A stretch of 64,000 bases of DNA, from the NCBI GenBank assembly GCA_002269645.1, contig NIVC01001565.1:67384-131383 (forward strand), in the 5' to 3' direction. Under the pieces are notes generated by a model that saw nothing but the letters and a program-made list of their open reading frames with translations, ran no database searches and was not told the DNA's origin. Position 1 is the first letter of the stretch. Each line of letters opens with the position of its first letter. Below are positions 13,328-26,318 of the stretch, in pieces. The position numbers and the translations under genes are program-made. This DNA comes from Macrostomum lignano (taxonomy: Eukaryota).

Positions 13328-14757
13328 ATCTGCCTGCAAGAGTGACCAATCTGCCTGCAAGAGTGACCAATCTGCCTGCAAGAGTGACCAATCTGCCTGC
13401 AAGAGTGACCAATCTGCCTGCAAGAGTGACCAATCTGCCTGCAAGAGTGACCAATCTACCTGAAAGAGTGACCAATCTGCCTGCAAGAGTGACCAATCTG
13501 CCTGCAAGAGTGACCAATCTACCTGAAAGAGTGACCAATCTACCTGCAAGAGTGACCAATCTACCTGCAAGAGTGACCAATCTACCTGCAAGAGTGACCA
13601 ATCTACCTGCTAGAGTGACCAATCTTCTTGTACCATTAACCAATCTACCTGCACGAGTGACCAATCTGCCTGCAAGAGTGACCAATCTTCTTGTACCATT
13701 AACCAATCTACCTGCACGAGTGACCAATCTGCCTGCAAGAGTGACCAATCTACCTGCACGAGTGACCAATCTACCTGAAAGAGTGACCAATCTACCTGCT
13801 AGAGTGACCAATCTTCTTGCACGATTGACCAATCTACCTGCAAGAGTGACCAATCTACCCACAAGAGTGACCAATGTACCTGCAAGAGTGACCAATCTAC
13901 CTGCAAGAGTGACCAATCTACCTGCAAGAGTGACCAATGTACCTGCAAGAGTGACCAATCTACCTGCACGATTGACCAATCTACCTGCACGATTGACTAA
14001 TCTACATGTACTTGCAAGAGTGACCAATCTACCTGCACGATTGACCAATCTACCTGCACGATTGACTAATCTACATGTACTTGCAAGAGTGACCAATATG
14101 CCTGCAAGAGTGACCAATCATCTACTTGCACGAGTGACCAATCTACCTGCAAGAGTGACCAATCTACCTGCAAGAGTGACCAATCATCTACTTGCACGAG
14201 TGACCAATCTACCTGAAAGAGTGACCAATCTACCTGCTAGAGTGACCAATCTTCTTGCACGATTGACCAATCTACCTGCAAGAGTGACCAATCTACCCAC
14301 AAGAGTGACCAATGTACCTGCAAGAGTGACCAATCTACCTGCAAGAGTGACCAATCTACCTGCAAGAGTGACCAATGTACCTGCAAGAGTGACCAATCTA
14401 CCTGCACGATTGACCAATCTACCTGCACGATTGACTAATCTACATGTACTTGCAAGAGTGACCAATCTACCTGCACGATTGACCAATCTACCTGCACGAT
14501 TGACTAATCTACATGTACTTGCAAGAGTGACCAATATGCCTGCAAGAGTGACCAATCATCTACTTGCACGAGTGACCAATCTACCTGCAAGAGTGACCAA
14601 TCTACCTGCAAGAGTGACCAATCATCTACTTGCACGAGTGACCAATCTACCTGCAAGAGTGACCAATCATCTACTTGCACGAGTGACCAATCTACCTGCA
14701 AGAGTGACCAATCATCTACTTGCACGAGTGACCAATCTACCTGCAAAAGTGACCAAA
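13328..14757. repeat. Minisatellite, 21 bp unit CTACCTGCAAGAGTGACCAAT
   Basis: Tandem units. The 507-aa LPARVTN ORF is its translation. There is an internal 438-bp higher-order duplication (identical ORFs at 13799 and 14237). Confidence 0.95.
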
Positions 14758-15231
14758 TCTCTTCCGAGGACGCATGCTACTTGACTCAATAGACTCAAAC
14801 GCGAGCATTGAAAAACAAACAGTTAAGCTTGAGTCGAATAATTTATTCGACCCCAATTGAATTAGCCAGTAGGCAAAAATCAGCCAGCTAAGTTCATGTT
14901 GGGGGATGCTGAGGGGGCGACTCTGTGCGTGCGAGTTTGGCGGCGCACGCGACACAATTTCAGAATTTTGATAGCTCCTCATAGTAGTCGCTTTATCCCG
15001 TATAGCCTGTGCCTTTCCGGTGGCGCGGAGCCGTCAGCATGAATCAAAGCGCCCTCTTGGCAAGCCATTCTGTGCAAATTAATTAAATTGTTGTTTCAAC
15101 TCCCCCTCGTCACTTTTCTGCAGCTAATTACATTTAGTCCATGCAGTGTCCGACTGAACTCAAGGCTCGCGTCCGCTCCTAGGAATTGCAGCTTGCTTGG
15201 TTTCGCTGTATGCTATCTTGTCTGCTGTGGG

Positions 15232-15796
15232 ACTGAGAGTTGGGCCTGCATGTCCATTCACCTGTCACTGAGAGTTGGGCCTGCATGTCCATTCACCTGT
15301 CACTGAGAGTTGGGCCTGCATGTCCATTCACCTGTCACTGAGAGTTGGGCCTGCATGTCCATTCACCTGTCACTGAGAGTTAGGCCTGCATGTCCATTCA
15401 CCTGTCACTGAGAGTTGGGCCTGCATGTCCATTCACCTGTCACTGAGAGTTGGGCCTGCATGTCCATTCACCTGTCACTGAGAGTTGGGCCTGCATGTCC
15501 ATTCACCTGTCACTGAGAGTTGGGCCTGCATGTCCATTCACCTGTCACTGAGAGTTGGGCCTGCATGTCCATTCACCTGTCACTGAGAGTTGGGCCTGCA
15601 TGTCCATTCACCTGTCACTGAGAGTTGGGCCTGCATGTCCATTCACCTGTCACTGAGAGTTGGGCCTGCATGTCCATTCACCTGTCACTGAGAGTTGGGC
15701 TTGCATGTCCATTCACCTGTCACTGAGAGTTAGGCCTGCATGTCAATTCACCTGGCACTGAGAGTTGGGCCTGCATGTCAATTCACCTGTCACTGA
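15232..15796. repeat. Minisatellite, 35 bp unit ACTGAGAGTTGGGCCTGCATGTCCATTCACCTGTC
   Basis: Near-perfect tandem units. Confidence 0.95.
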
Positions 15797-17397
15797 AGGT
15801 TTAACCTGGCCCTGTAACCCTGTCTGTCATGGAAATTTTGCGATTTACCGGTTCCCTATAATTTCATCAGTATACAGTTTTTCCTACCTTGAGACTGGCC
15901 GCAGGAAATCGATAATTTAAGGCTAATAAAGGGTGAATTTATCGGCATCTCAAATAGCAGCGCTAGCTGGCCAAGAAGTGAGTAGCAGCAAATTAAAGCA
16001 GCAAATTTAGATCGCTGTAAGAGAATGTCAATCACATTGTGCACCAGCATAGCTCAATAATGTATTCACACGATGGCAGCTTTCAACGGGGGGGGCATGT
16101 CAAAATCTTTCTGACCAATTATAATGCGATTGACAGTTGCATCGTCCAGCGCGGACTGCAGGTTTTATTTTAACAAAATCGATAAGCCGTAAAGATTGTA
16201 AATGGACACTGAAAACAACCGATAAATACGGCTAGTGCGGTCTGAATGTGGTCTGCGTGAATTTTGCAAAAATGTGACTTTTATCAATGAAGATATACTT
16301 TCTCTGTATTTTAAACTTAAAGACAGGCGCTTTTCAATCTAGAACTATTTTATTTCCTCTGTGAGTTCTGGGGAATTCGTTCAATTTTGAAATATCAGAT
16401 TCCATCAATTCATATCCACGCCGAGGTGTACTGCCCGCAGCCGGCGCAGGAGGTGCTGCTGACGCTGATGCGGACACCCTACCAGCCCTGCGACGCTGCT
16501 GTCACTTTTAATGACCTCGTGATGTTTTTTGTTGTTTATTTTGAGTGCACAGAAAATCATCAATGCATGTAAGCTGAGACCAGGGATGAGTTGCCACTTG
16601 AGCTGTCTCAACTAAACAAGAGAGTCGCACAGACTTGGCAGTAGAAGTGGATGCGCTAAGCGCATAAAAGCCAGCGGATTAGCATTCGCCACAGTGACAA
16701 AAGTGGCCCATTAAAGGCAGCAGCTAGAAAAGCTTCATCATAATTCTTTCAATCCATGCAAAAGGGGACGAGCTGGGGCAGGCAAGTGGATCAGCAGAGC
16801 GGCCAGTGCCACTCTTCAACTCCATTCCAGCTTATCGGCAAGTCCCAGGAGCAGCAAATCAAGCAGCAGCTCGTGCGCGTCCCGTATCACTTTTCAGATT
16901 TCTTGCTCCAGCCCTCCAACTATAGCTATTTTCTTTTCTTTCTAAGAAAAGCCTTTTCTCCAACAGCCTTATTTCGGTCTCACAATGACTTAAAAATCTG
17001 AGTCCGAAGCGAGTATAGTTCGATAATCTGACCCCCAACCCCCTCAACTTCTCAAGCCCCTCGTGAAACTGGTGGAGACTTTATCCCGTGGGAGATGGAG
17101 GGGGAGAACCAGAGAAGAAGAGGGTTTTGAGGGGGGGGGTCGAATTTTAGGCCGATGAAGCGAGAAAAGCGTCCTGGAGGAGGCGAAATATGGTGCTGTG
17201 GATTTTAAAATCGGCCCCAATGTCAATCTCCAGACCGTGGTAAGTTGAACCGGAAGTACAGATGGCTTCTTATGTCCTGTTCTTGAGACTACAGTGGAAA
17301 ACATAATTGGTTGGCTACTCAGGAATCCAGTGATATCTGATAAGCGTACTAATTTCTTATTTAGACAAAAGTCTTGTATGGGTAGACCCAACTTTTG

Positions 17398-17940
17398 CAT
17401 GAGCAGACCTAACTCTTGTATGAGCAAACTCAACTCTTGTATGAGCAAACTCAACTCTTGTATGAGCAAACTCAACTCTTGTATGAGCAGACCTAACTCT
17501 TGTATGAGCAGACCTAACTCTTGTATGAGCAAACTCAACTCTTGTATGAGCAAACTCAACTCTTGTATGAGCAGACCTAACTCTTGTATGAGCAAACTCA
17601 ACTCTTGTATGAGCAGACCTAACTCTTGTATGAGCAGACCTAACTCGTGTATGAGCAGACCTAACTCGTGTATGAGCAGACCTAACTCTTGTATATATGA
17701 GCAAACTCAACCCTTGTACCTAACTCTTGTATGAGCAAATTCAATCCTTGTATGAGTAGACCTAACTCTTGTATGAGCAGACCTAACTCGTGTATGAGCA
17801 GACCTAACTCTTGTATATATGAGCAAACTCAACCCTTGTACCTAACTCTTGTATGAGCAAACTCAATCCTTGTATGAGCAGACCTAACTCTTGTATGAGC
17901 AAACTCAACCATTGTATGAGCAGACCTTGTATGAGCACAC
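17398..17940. repeat. Minisatellite, 21 bp unit CTTGTATGAGCAGACCTAACT / CTTGTATGAGCAAACTCAACT
   Basis: Tandem units of two alternating variants. Confidence 0.93.
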
Positions 17941-20144
17941 CGAAGTTTTTTTATAAATAAACTAATATTTATCAATGATCGTAGACTCAAATCTTGTAAG
18001 TAGGCTCAACACTTTAATGGGTAGACTTAATAATTTTTAAGCAAATCAGAAACATACATCTTAAGACCAATCAGAATCAATCAGCCCATCTATGAGCATA
18101 TAATTCCTACTACTCATCTATGAGATGATCCCCCAGCCCAGAGACTCAAAAGCGAATACGGACAAAAAGCGCGTGAAAAGTGGGGGGAGGTCCGGAGCTG
18201 TCAGGGTTTCAGGATAAAAGAGAAATGGGCACAAAATAGCCCGGGTGTGAAGCTGAGTGACAGGGAGGGAGGGAGGGAGAGTTGGAGGGGGCCTGATCCA
18301 TTCTAATCTCCCTCTTCCAGTCTCCTGCTGTCGCGTGGTGGGTCAAAAACAGAGGCTTTGTTCTTTGTTTGAGGGGCTGAGGCAGGCAGGCAGGCAGCAG
18401 GACTGCATTGCTCCGCCGGCGCCATGATATTATTCAGACTGCGAGGTCCCCCACCTGCATCTTTCATTTTCTCCCAGGAGGTTTTGTCTCTCTCTCGCAG
18501 TCACTCTTTCACGCACACAAAACTCAATTCTCTTCTAAACTTCCCCAAACTTCCATGGGCTGGCCAGCCTCCCTCCTCAGTTGCTTTTGGTCTACGGGAC
18601 AATTGAGGCTTTTGGGAATTAAATAATATTTGCAGTTTCTCTCTCGCCCACGTCACTGCTAGCCACAGCCTCCATCTGGAAGTGGTCCCGTATATATTAT
18701 ACTCGCCCGCCTCTCTTCATCCCAAGTGCTCTGAGGAAATAATTGGCATTTGAAATCGCCTAGCTACTCCAACCGAGTCCCGGGGGCATCGGCAAGGCCA
18801 AACACAATATTGCTTCCCCCCCTTTTGCTTTTCTGCCGCGCGGACCGGCTCACAGTAATATACGGAGCACACTACTTTTTGGAGGCATTGTTTAACCATC
18901 AAACTTATTAATGCTGCGGGGCCATCTTCTTGTGGCTTGCAGCTCCAAACCGATGGTCCTTGAATGGACCCGCCCCAGCCCTTCTGCACTGGGCTTTAGT
19001 AGGCAGGCAATCTGTCGAGTGAAGCTGATGCAGCACAGTGGGATCTTAGAGAGCTTCTGTACGAACAGCTTCCTCACGCGTTGGTTCAAGATATTCGAGT
19101 TTAACCGCGAGCTGCAGGGCAGGGTTCAATTAGGAAGGCCCGATCGTCACACTCGAAGAATAAGAAAACTGAAGAGACCCGGCGCCGCATAATCTTTGCA
19201 GACGGTTTTCGAACGCGCTTGTCAAGTATTGGCGACTTGCATAACGGACTCTTGGCCACGAACCGACAGTTGAGATCCCGCAAGCCCAGCAGTTAGTTCG
19301 TCACAAAAACAATGTCTCTTGACCGGGTGAATCCACTACACAGTGGGATATTAATTGCGGCACAGTTCCTGACAATTCCAGCTTCCTTTGGCCTCTCCAT
19401 CCAAGTCTTTGATGTTAATCCCGTTAATCATAGCAGATTTCTATAGCCCAGTAAGGATGGCGACCGAAGCCTGTTAAATCCGCAAGACCTTTCTCTCGCC
19501 GGAATCGAGATTTTTGTAATTAACAATCTCCAGCTCTTTGTCGCCGATGCAAGCCAAGCAGCGGCAAATAAGAATGGAAATCTTTCACTCGGAGGAAATA
19601 AAAAAGCCGAACGAAGCCTCGGAGATAAAATGCCCGGTGATCAAATCAGAGAACATTTTGGCTTCCACTTCAAAGGCCTCAAAAACAACTTCAAGATCCG
19701 ACAGGCAGTTTGAGATGCGCCTAATTAGTAATTCCTTTTCAGACCGACGCGAAGCCATGTTTTTAGAAAGCTGAAAGCGAAACTCTCCGATAACTTGTTT
19801 GCCTTTGTCTCGCATCCGCCCGCGGTGTTTTTCTCAATCAGTCCAGATTCAATAGCTTCATTACAAATCCTATATGCTAGCGCAACACGCTACTTATATG
19901 TCAGCTGCAAGTAGTGCATAGGGAGATTTAAGAAAATAATCAAGACAAAAAGAAAGTATCAGTAAGATTTCTTCCTTAGCAACAATTTTTTTGCTTCCAA
20001 TGCGACAGAGGTCGTCAACAGTCAATTATTAGCAATTCGCGCCATCATTAATCAGCATTCTCAATATGGCTAATAAAGCCAAATAAACCTTGTCACAATG
20101 TCTCGGGAGTGTCACAACCGGCAAATTGATTGCATTCAATATAT

Positions 20145-20425
20145 CTATTCCTTATCGCCCTTGTTCACGATCACCTTGGTGCCGCGGAGGCGACCGGTGC
20201 GTCTGGCGGCGATCAGGCCGACCTTGCGACCGGCGCTGGTGTCCCGGCGGATGGTGCTCGGTTTGCCGATGTGCTGGTGGTTGCCACCGCCGAACGGATG
20301 GTCCACCGGGTTCATACAGACACCGCGTACTTTTGGCCAGCAGTTGCGCTTCACCTTGTACTTCCAGTAGGCCCGGCCGGCCTTCATAATCGGCTTGTCG
20401 ATGCGACCACCGCCGGCTATGATGC
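20145..20425 (-). CDS. RPL8: 60S ribosomal protein L8 (uL2), coding exon 3
   Basis: [55 protein letters not shown]. Acceptor tgtag|GC is phase 1. Confidence 0.97.
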
Positions 20426-20465
20426 CTACAGGGGATGGCATTTGGGTTGCCCTGACACTTGCGGT

Positions 20466-20810
20466 CTGACTCTGGTCCTGACCGACACTCGTTCTCTGAC
20501 TAGTCCTGACTGACTCTGGGCCTGACCGACACTCGTTCTCTGACTAGTCCTGACCGACACTCGTTCTCTGACTAGTCCTGACCGACACTCGTTCTCTGAC
20601 TAGTCCTGACCGACACTCGTTCTCTGACTAGTCCTGACCGACACTCGTTCTCTGACTAGTCCTGACTGACTCTGGGCCTGACCGACACTCGTTCTCTGAC
20701 TAGTCCTGACTGACTCTGGGCCTGACCGACACTCGTTCTCTGACTAGTCCTGACTGACTCTGTGCCTGACTGACACTTGTTCTCTGACTCTGGGCCTGAC
20801 TGACACTTTT
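20466..20810. repeat. RPL8 intron minisatellite, 28 bp unit CTGACCGACACTCGTTCTCTGACTAGTC
   Basis: Tandem units within intron 20426-20929. Confidence 0.9.
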
Positions 20811-20929
20811 TCCTTTAATTAGGAAATTACTGACATTTATTCTCTGACACTGGACGGACTTGACTCCCGAATGACACTAATTGTTTTTTTGGACCCCTGG
20901 GTACAGCAATAGCACACGCCTACACTTAC

Positions 20930-21148
20930 CAACCATGGCCCGACAGGCAGACGGCACAATCTTTTTGGCTCCGCTGGGCAGCTTCATGCGCGATCGTTTA
21001 GTCTCCGGGTTGTGCGCAACGAGAGTGGCGTAGTTGCCAGACGCCTTGGCCAGGCGGCCGCGATCGCCGGCCTTCTCCTCTATGCAGCAGATGATGGTGC
21101 CTTCGGGCATAGCGCCCAGCGGCAGGATGTTGCCGACCTGCAGCTTGG
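20930..21148 (-). CDS. RPL8: RPL8 coding exon 2
   Basis: [63 protein letters not shown]. Acceptor ttcgcag|CC, donor G|GTAAGT. Confidence 0.96.
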
Positions 21149-21224
21149 CTGCGAATGGGTGGAACAGCGAGGTAGGTTAGAATAAGCCTTTGCTGCTGGG
21201 AGTGTCTGGGGATCCCAGTCTGAG

Positions 21225-21566
21225 GCTCTGGGATGGCTGTGGACACATCCCGAGGATCTGGGATGGCCGTGGACACATCCTGGTGATTTGGGATGGCTGC
21301 GGACACAACCTGGGGATCTGGGATGGCTGCGGACTGAATCTACAATAAGTATCAGAAATGGCTCCAAGGATCTGGATCGATGGCTGCGGACTAAATCTAC
21401 AATAAGTATCAGAAATGGCTGCAGACACAATCCAAGGATCTGGGATCGATGGCTGCGGACACAACCTGGGGATCTGGGATGGCTGCGGACACAACCTGGG
21501 GATCTGGGATGGCTGCGGACACAACCTGGGGATCTGGGATGGCTGCGGACACAACCTGGGGATCTG
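21225..21566. repeat. RPL8 intron minisatellite, ~30 bp unit GGGATCTGGGATGGCTGCGGACACAACCTG
   Basis: Tandem units within intron 21149-21659. Confidence 0.9.
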
Positions 21567-21659
21567 TTTCTGGTAGGTTGGCCCAGCCTGGTCCTATTAA
21601 CAAAAAGAAGCAATAAGTAGAAACACAGGATTTGAAACTGAATATCTAACAGTCCGCAC

Positions 21660-21939
21660 CCTTCTTGCCACAGTAGATGAACTGGCCAGTGTGAACGCCC
21701 TCAGCGGCAACAAAGGTCTCAGTGACCTGCCTGTACCGGTAGGGATCGCGGAAGGCCACCTTAGCAAGCGGAGCACCGCGGCCGGGATCGTGGATAATGT
21801 CCCTAACAACGCCCTTGATGTAGCCGTTGCGCTCGGCAAAATCGATTGGCCTAAGCCTGGCGGCTCCCTTTCTACGCTTGGTATGCGAGCGGAACACGCT
21901 GCCTGCGCCCTTACGCTGGGACCTGATCACCCGACCCAT
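21660..21939 (-). CDS. RPL8: RPL8 coding exon 1
   Basis: [69 protein letters not shown]...FIYCGKK. Donor G|GTGCGG. Confidence 0.97.
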
Positions 21940-23231
21940 TGCATGAATGTGAAATTATTACAGTAACAGACTACTAATTAGTAGACAGGTTAAATAATGT
22001 AAATACTCAGGTATTATCCTGATTTCTAATCCTAAGATTCGAATGAAAAATGATATTCCAATCCAGCCAGACTTCTAAACTTTTAGCCTATCTAACTTTC
22101 AAGCAGGCATCAAGCCATAAACTACATCTAATTTTTAGTATACACACACAGATATGATAGAGAAATTATTCATAGATTTTTAAAATATCAAAGCCACAGT
22201 TATCAAAATAAAAGCTATGAATACATTCTAACTAAGATGAATATACAATACTTACTTAAGGTACTTACTCGTATACTTATGATATTTAAAAATGAATAAT
22301 GAAAAGTTAAGCATAATAGTCATTAAAAATGTGCAGCCTGGATTATTATTTTAGCAAATGTTTTTTCTAACTGAAAAGAAAAAAGTTTTTATATGACACT
22401 TATAGCAGGATCCTATATGCAGAGTCTTGAAAAATACTATTTTAGGACTAAGAAATTGTGACAAATGTGAATTGACTAACTACATTAGACCAATTGTGTC
22501 AATGATATGAAAATATATTTCAATAAAAAGATTGATTACAACTTACATTGAAAACTCAGAATTTGATAAAATAGGGGATAGGGGACAGGGGATATAGGAA
22601 TAGGGGGCCAACTTAGAGATAGGATATTGTACCTAATACTAATAGCTAGCATAAATTTTAATACAATATTATATATTCTAGTTTTATCCCTAGGACCTAG
22701 AATAGAAAGGTTGCTTGTTTTTTTAGAGGTTGGATGAGTAGAAAATTTTGGTTAAGCATAAAATTTTGTGAAATTTTCCAAGTTGGGCATGATTGTGATT
22801 GTGAATGTGATTTTATATGTGCAAACATGTATTACAAGCTTGTAAGTTACAGTGTAAAAATAACAAAACAAGAAAATAAACCATTGTATATTAGATAATA
22901 GATACTTGGTAAATGCTGTCAAGTCAACAAATATAAAATATCATGATCATGCCCGACCCTTTTTGTTTTTTTTAAAAGTTAAAAATATTAATATTAATGA
23001 AATAGCTATAGTACAATCCTACAATTTTTAATTTTATTCTAAATTTAAAATTAAATGTCAAGTGAAAGAGAAATAAACTGATTTAATTAGCAGGTCTGCA
23101 GGTGCAAGCCCAAATGAAAGAAAAATCAGACATGCTTAGAGCTTATCTTAATATTTTGTTTATAAATATTATTCTGATTATTATCCAAAATAATTTTATT
23201 GTTTCCTATTGATACTTCAGCCTTTGCATTT

Positions 23232-24385
23232 AATGGCCTCTACCTCAAGTCTAAGTGATTTTAGAAAAGTCCAAGGAAGTGCCATGTGGGTATTTTTTCA
23301 AGAACTTAATGGTAGAATAACAATAATGTTGCTTATAAAACCTGTGCCAAGCATGTTCTATAGTACTTTGGCATAATGGAAAACATGAAGTGCCACTTGG
23401 AATCATAGCATCAAGATAAAGTTAAGGAACTAAAAATTATAGAATTTTTTTGTGAGCATGAAAAGAAAAGAAAAGGCAGTGATAATGGAGATCCACCATT
23501 AAAGTAGCCTAAAATCAGCACATGGTTTTTTTCAGAATAAGCAATGAGCTCTAGGCAGATTCCAATCTGCAATCTGTTGCTATTGACAATAGCATTGTTA
23601 AGTTTATTGCATTAGATTGCTAGCCATTTATTGTTATAGAAGGTAGTGGCTTTTGACAACTTCTATAAGCAATGGCTTTTTAGTATTGAATTTAATATAG
23701 CTGCTTTTACCATAATAAACTTGATGCCCTTTTTTCTAATAAAATTAATTCAAAGGTTTAGTTAGAGATTGCCAAATGTGACAAATTTGCTATAACTTCT
23801 GACTTATAGAGTGAGAGACCTTTAGCTTTCATGTCTTTCACATTTCATTTGATTACAGAGGAGTAGAGAACTTTGAGCAAAAGCAATGATTACTCTTAGT
23901 AAAGCCATTTGATAATGCTCACATTGGGCTCAACATCTTAGCATTGTTTTCTATAACATTGAGAGACTAAGAGATTGACCAAAAAAGAATCCATATCCTC
24001 CTACATGATGAAGCTAATAATATGATGCTAGCTAATCAACTGCTCAATGTGATATCAACTCATTGCACTATATATAAACTGCACTTAGTTATTAGCAAGT
24101 GTAGTCTCTTGCTAACATAGGCTTAAGAGCATTTGTAACAAAGCAAATAGTATTGATAGACATTTCCACTACTTGGTTATAGCATAATCCAATTTATCAA
24201 AGTTGCAAGAGCAGCTATAGCTATTTTTGCATAGCCTAATCATTGATATCAAGACTAATTTGAATTTAAGTGTGTGCTAGCTATCATAAATGTATGCTAG
24301 AAATTTTTGGTATATATAATGATAATGCTAAGTGGGGTTATACTAGTATAGCAATATTTTACCCACATTTATCTAACTGGCTTCC
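23232..24385 (+). pseudogene. Decayed hAT (Ac/ZBED1-like) transposase with N-terminal BED finger
   Basis: Manual translation through stops and frameshifts gives AMWVFF..[C]KTC..MKCHLES*H (BED finger), IVKFIALDC*PFIVIEGSGF*QLL*AM, ITSDL*SE (first catalytic D), LLHDEANNM (second D) and HCTIYKLHLVI (CxxH-like). Confidence 0.8.
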
Positions 24386-24389
24386 TGGC

Positions 24390-25841
24390 TAGGGGTCAGA
24401 CAAGATCTCAATCTTGATCTTGATTATCAAGATCTTAGCACTGATTATCAAAATCATCATCTTGGTTTTGAGATGTTAAAAAAAGTCAAGATTTGTAACA
24501 AAGTGACTATTAGTAACTACAATTTAGTTACTTTAGTTAGAATTATTATGTAATAATTGTTTTTCTTTCTATTATTATCATTATACATATATTAGCATTT
24601 TTAAATGTTTAAATATGTAGATAACATATTTAAGCATAAAAAATAACATATGAATATGAAAGCATATATAGCATACTAAATATTGTAGATAACAATAACA
24701 ATATTAGCATTGATAAATAGAATAGTATAAATAAAATAGGTTTATTAGTATTAGATGCTAATTAGGCTTGATCTTAAATCTTGATTAAATCTCAATTATC
24801 TTAAAAATATAGATCTTGACTCTTAAAGATCTCAAAAATATAATAATGTCTAACCCATTGGGCACTATTAATAAAAATCTTAAATTCTGTTAATAGCAAA
24901 AATGTAAGCATTAAAAGAAAAAAATCTTTATTTATAAATTCTTAATTTTGTTAAGGTAACTTAAAGTCTATTAAAGTTAATATATTAACAATTATCAATT
25001 GATAATTGATAATCAATTGATAATTGATATTGGCAATTGATCATTGACAATTAATAATTAATAATCAATTGATAGTTGTCAATGATAATTGATAATTATT
25101 AACAATTGTTAATCTAAAAAATATTATAAAAACTATAAACATCTTTGATATTGCACTATATTTTTTATCTTTTTAGCAATAACACAAAGGTTATCTAAGC
25201 AGTTACAACAAGCTCAAAAGTAATAAATAATAATTAAAAAAGCTTATATATATAATACTTACTAAAAGTAAGTAAATAGTAAAAGAAGTTATTTATTTAT
25301 TTGAAACTTAAAAGCTAATTAATTAATATTAATAATATGAATTTAAGGATGTTTCAGTAATGTCACTTAGTAGGCATAGCAAAAATCTATGAAAGATCAG
25401 GAAAGAAGTAAATAAATTAAAGCAATTGATATTCACACACAAGCAATAAAGCTTATTATTTTAATTCATTATTAAAGTTCATTACTTAAGAAGTTGTTAC
25501 AATTACAATTGCATGATCATTGTCATAAAGAAATTAATTAGGCATTTAGATAAATTCAAATATATTTGTAATTTTATAACTTCTTTATTAGACTTGTATT
25601 TTTGTTTTTTTGCATCTTTGGTCATTGACATTACCATTAATGCTAATAATAAATCTATTGTTAACTCAAGTACTCAACTCACAAAATTATTGGGCCTAGG
25701 TCTAACACAAATTTGTTTATCTATTAGGGGGCCTAGTTAAAAATATCTTATTGGCAATCTATTAATCAATTTTTATGAAAAAAATCTTAACACTTATTAA
25801 TGCTTATCAATGGACTGGTGCCCAACACTGTCTAACCCCTA
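24390..25841. mobile_element. hAT-type non-autonomous element inserted in the decayed transposase, itself carrying a nested element (24857-25830)
   Basis: 8-bp TSD TTCCTGGC (24382-24389 and 25842-25849). TIRs TAGGGGTCAGAC / GTCTAACCCCTA. The nested insert duplicates TCTAACCC (24849-24856 and 25831-25838) and ends in GTGCCCAACACTG. Confidence 0.8.
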
Positions 25842-26318
25842 TTCCTGGCTATATGCATGATATATTGACTTGATTATAAGTATATCAATACAATAATAGA
25901 AACAAACACTCGACTCAGTCAGCCGAGTCAGGGGTTTGTCCAGAAAATTTTCGAGGGGGGGGGTTAAGCTATAATAGCACTACAAACCAATATTGAAAAA
26001 TAGATCTTATATAAGTTATACATAAAACAAGTATGACCCAAGTTTTTCTGGCCATGGCTTAAAAAAGCCATTACCAGAAAAACACTAGGCGGCTAGGCCT
26101 AGCCTATAGGCCTACTATAGTAGTAGGGGCCTAGCATAATTGTTTGAAGTCATGTAGCACTAATGCTATCACTGCTTATTGTTATTAATGGTACTATTAT
26201 CAAAAAATTTACTAGGGCCTATTCAAACCAAACACTGCCATATTTTAAAATCCAAAACAACTTTAGCAGTTCAGCTAGATTAGACTAATTTTTTAATGAA
26301 TCATCATCAAGTTATCAG

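Noticed and set aside
13261-14784. 507-aa ORF (LPARVTN)n and overlapping ORFs
   Set aside because: Translation of a 21-bp minisatellite. A unit length divisible by 3 without stops explains the open frame.
12600-19300. Coding-looking GC-rich patches (12675-12860, 16400-16520, 16760-16930, 18990-19130), including a weak nAChR-loop-like RVRKLFVQKLSK on the minus strand
   Set aside because: I could not establish strand, frame or a phase-consistent exon chain. RNA-seq or a homology search is needed.
20466-20810. Box C/D snoRNA in an RPL8 intron (many CTGA)
   Set aside because: The CTGA motifs come from the repeat unit, and there is no box C/terminal stem arrangement.
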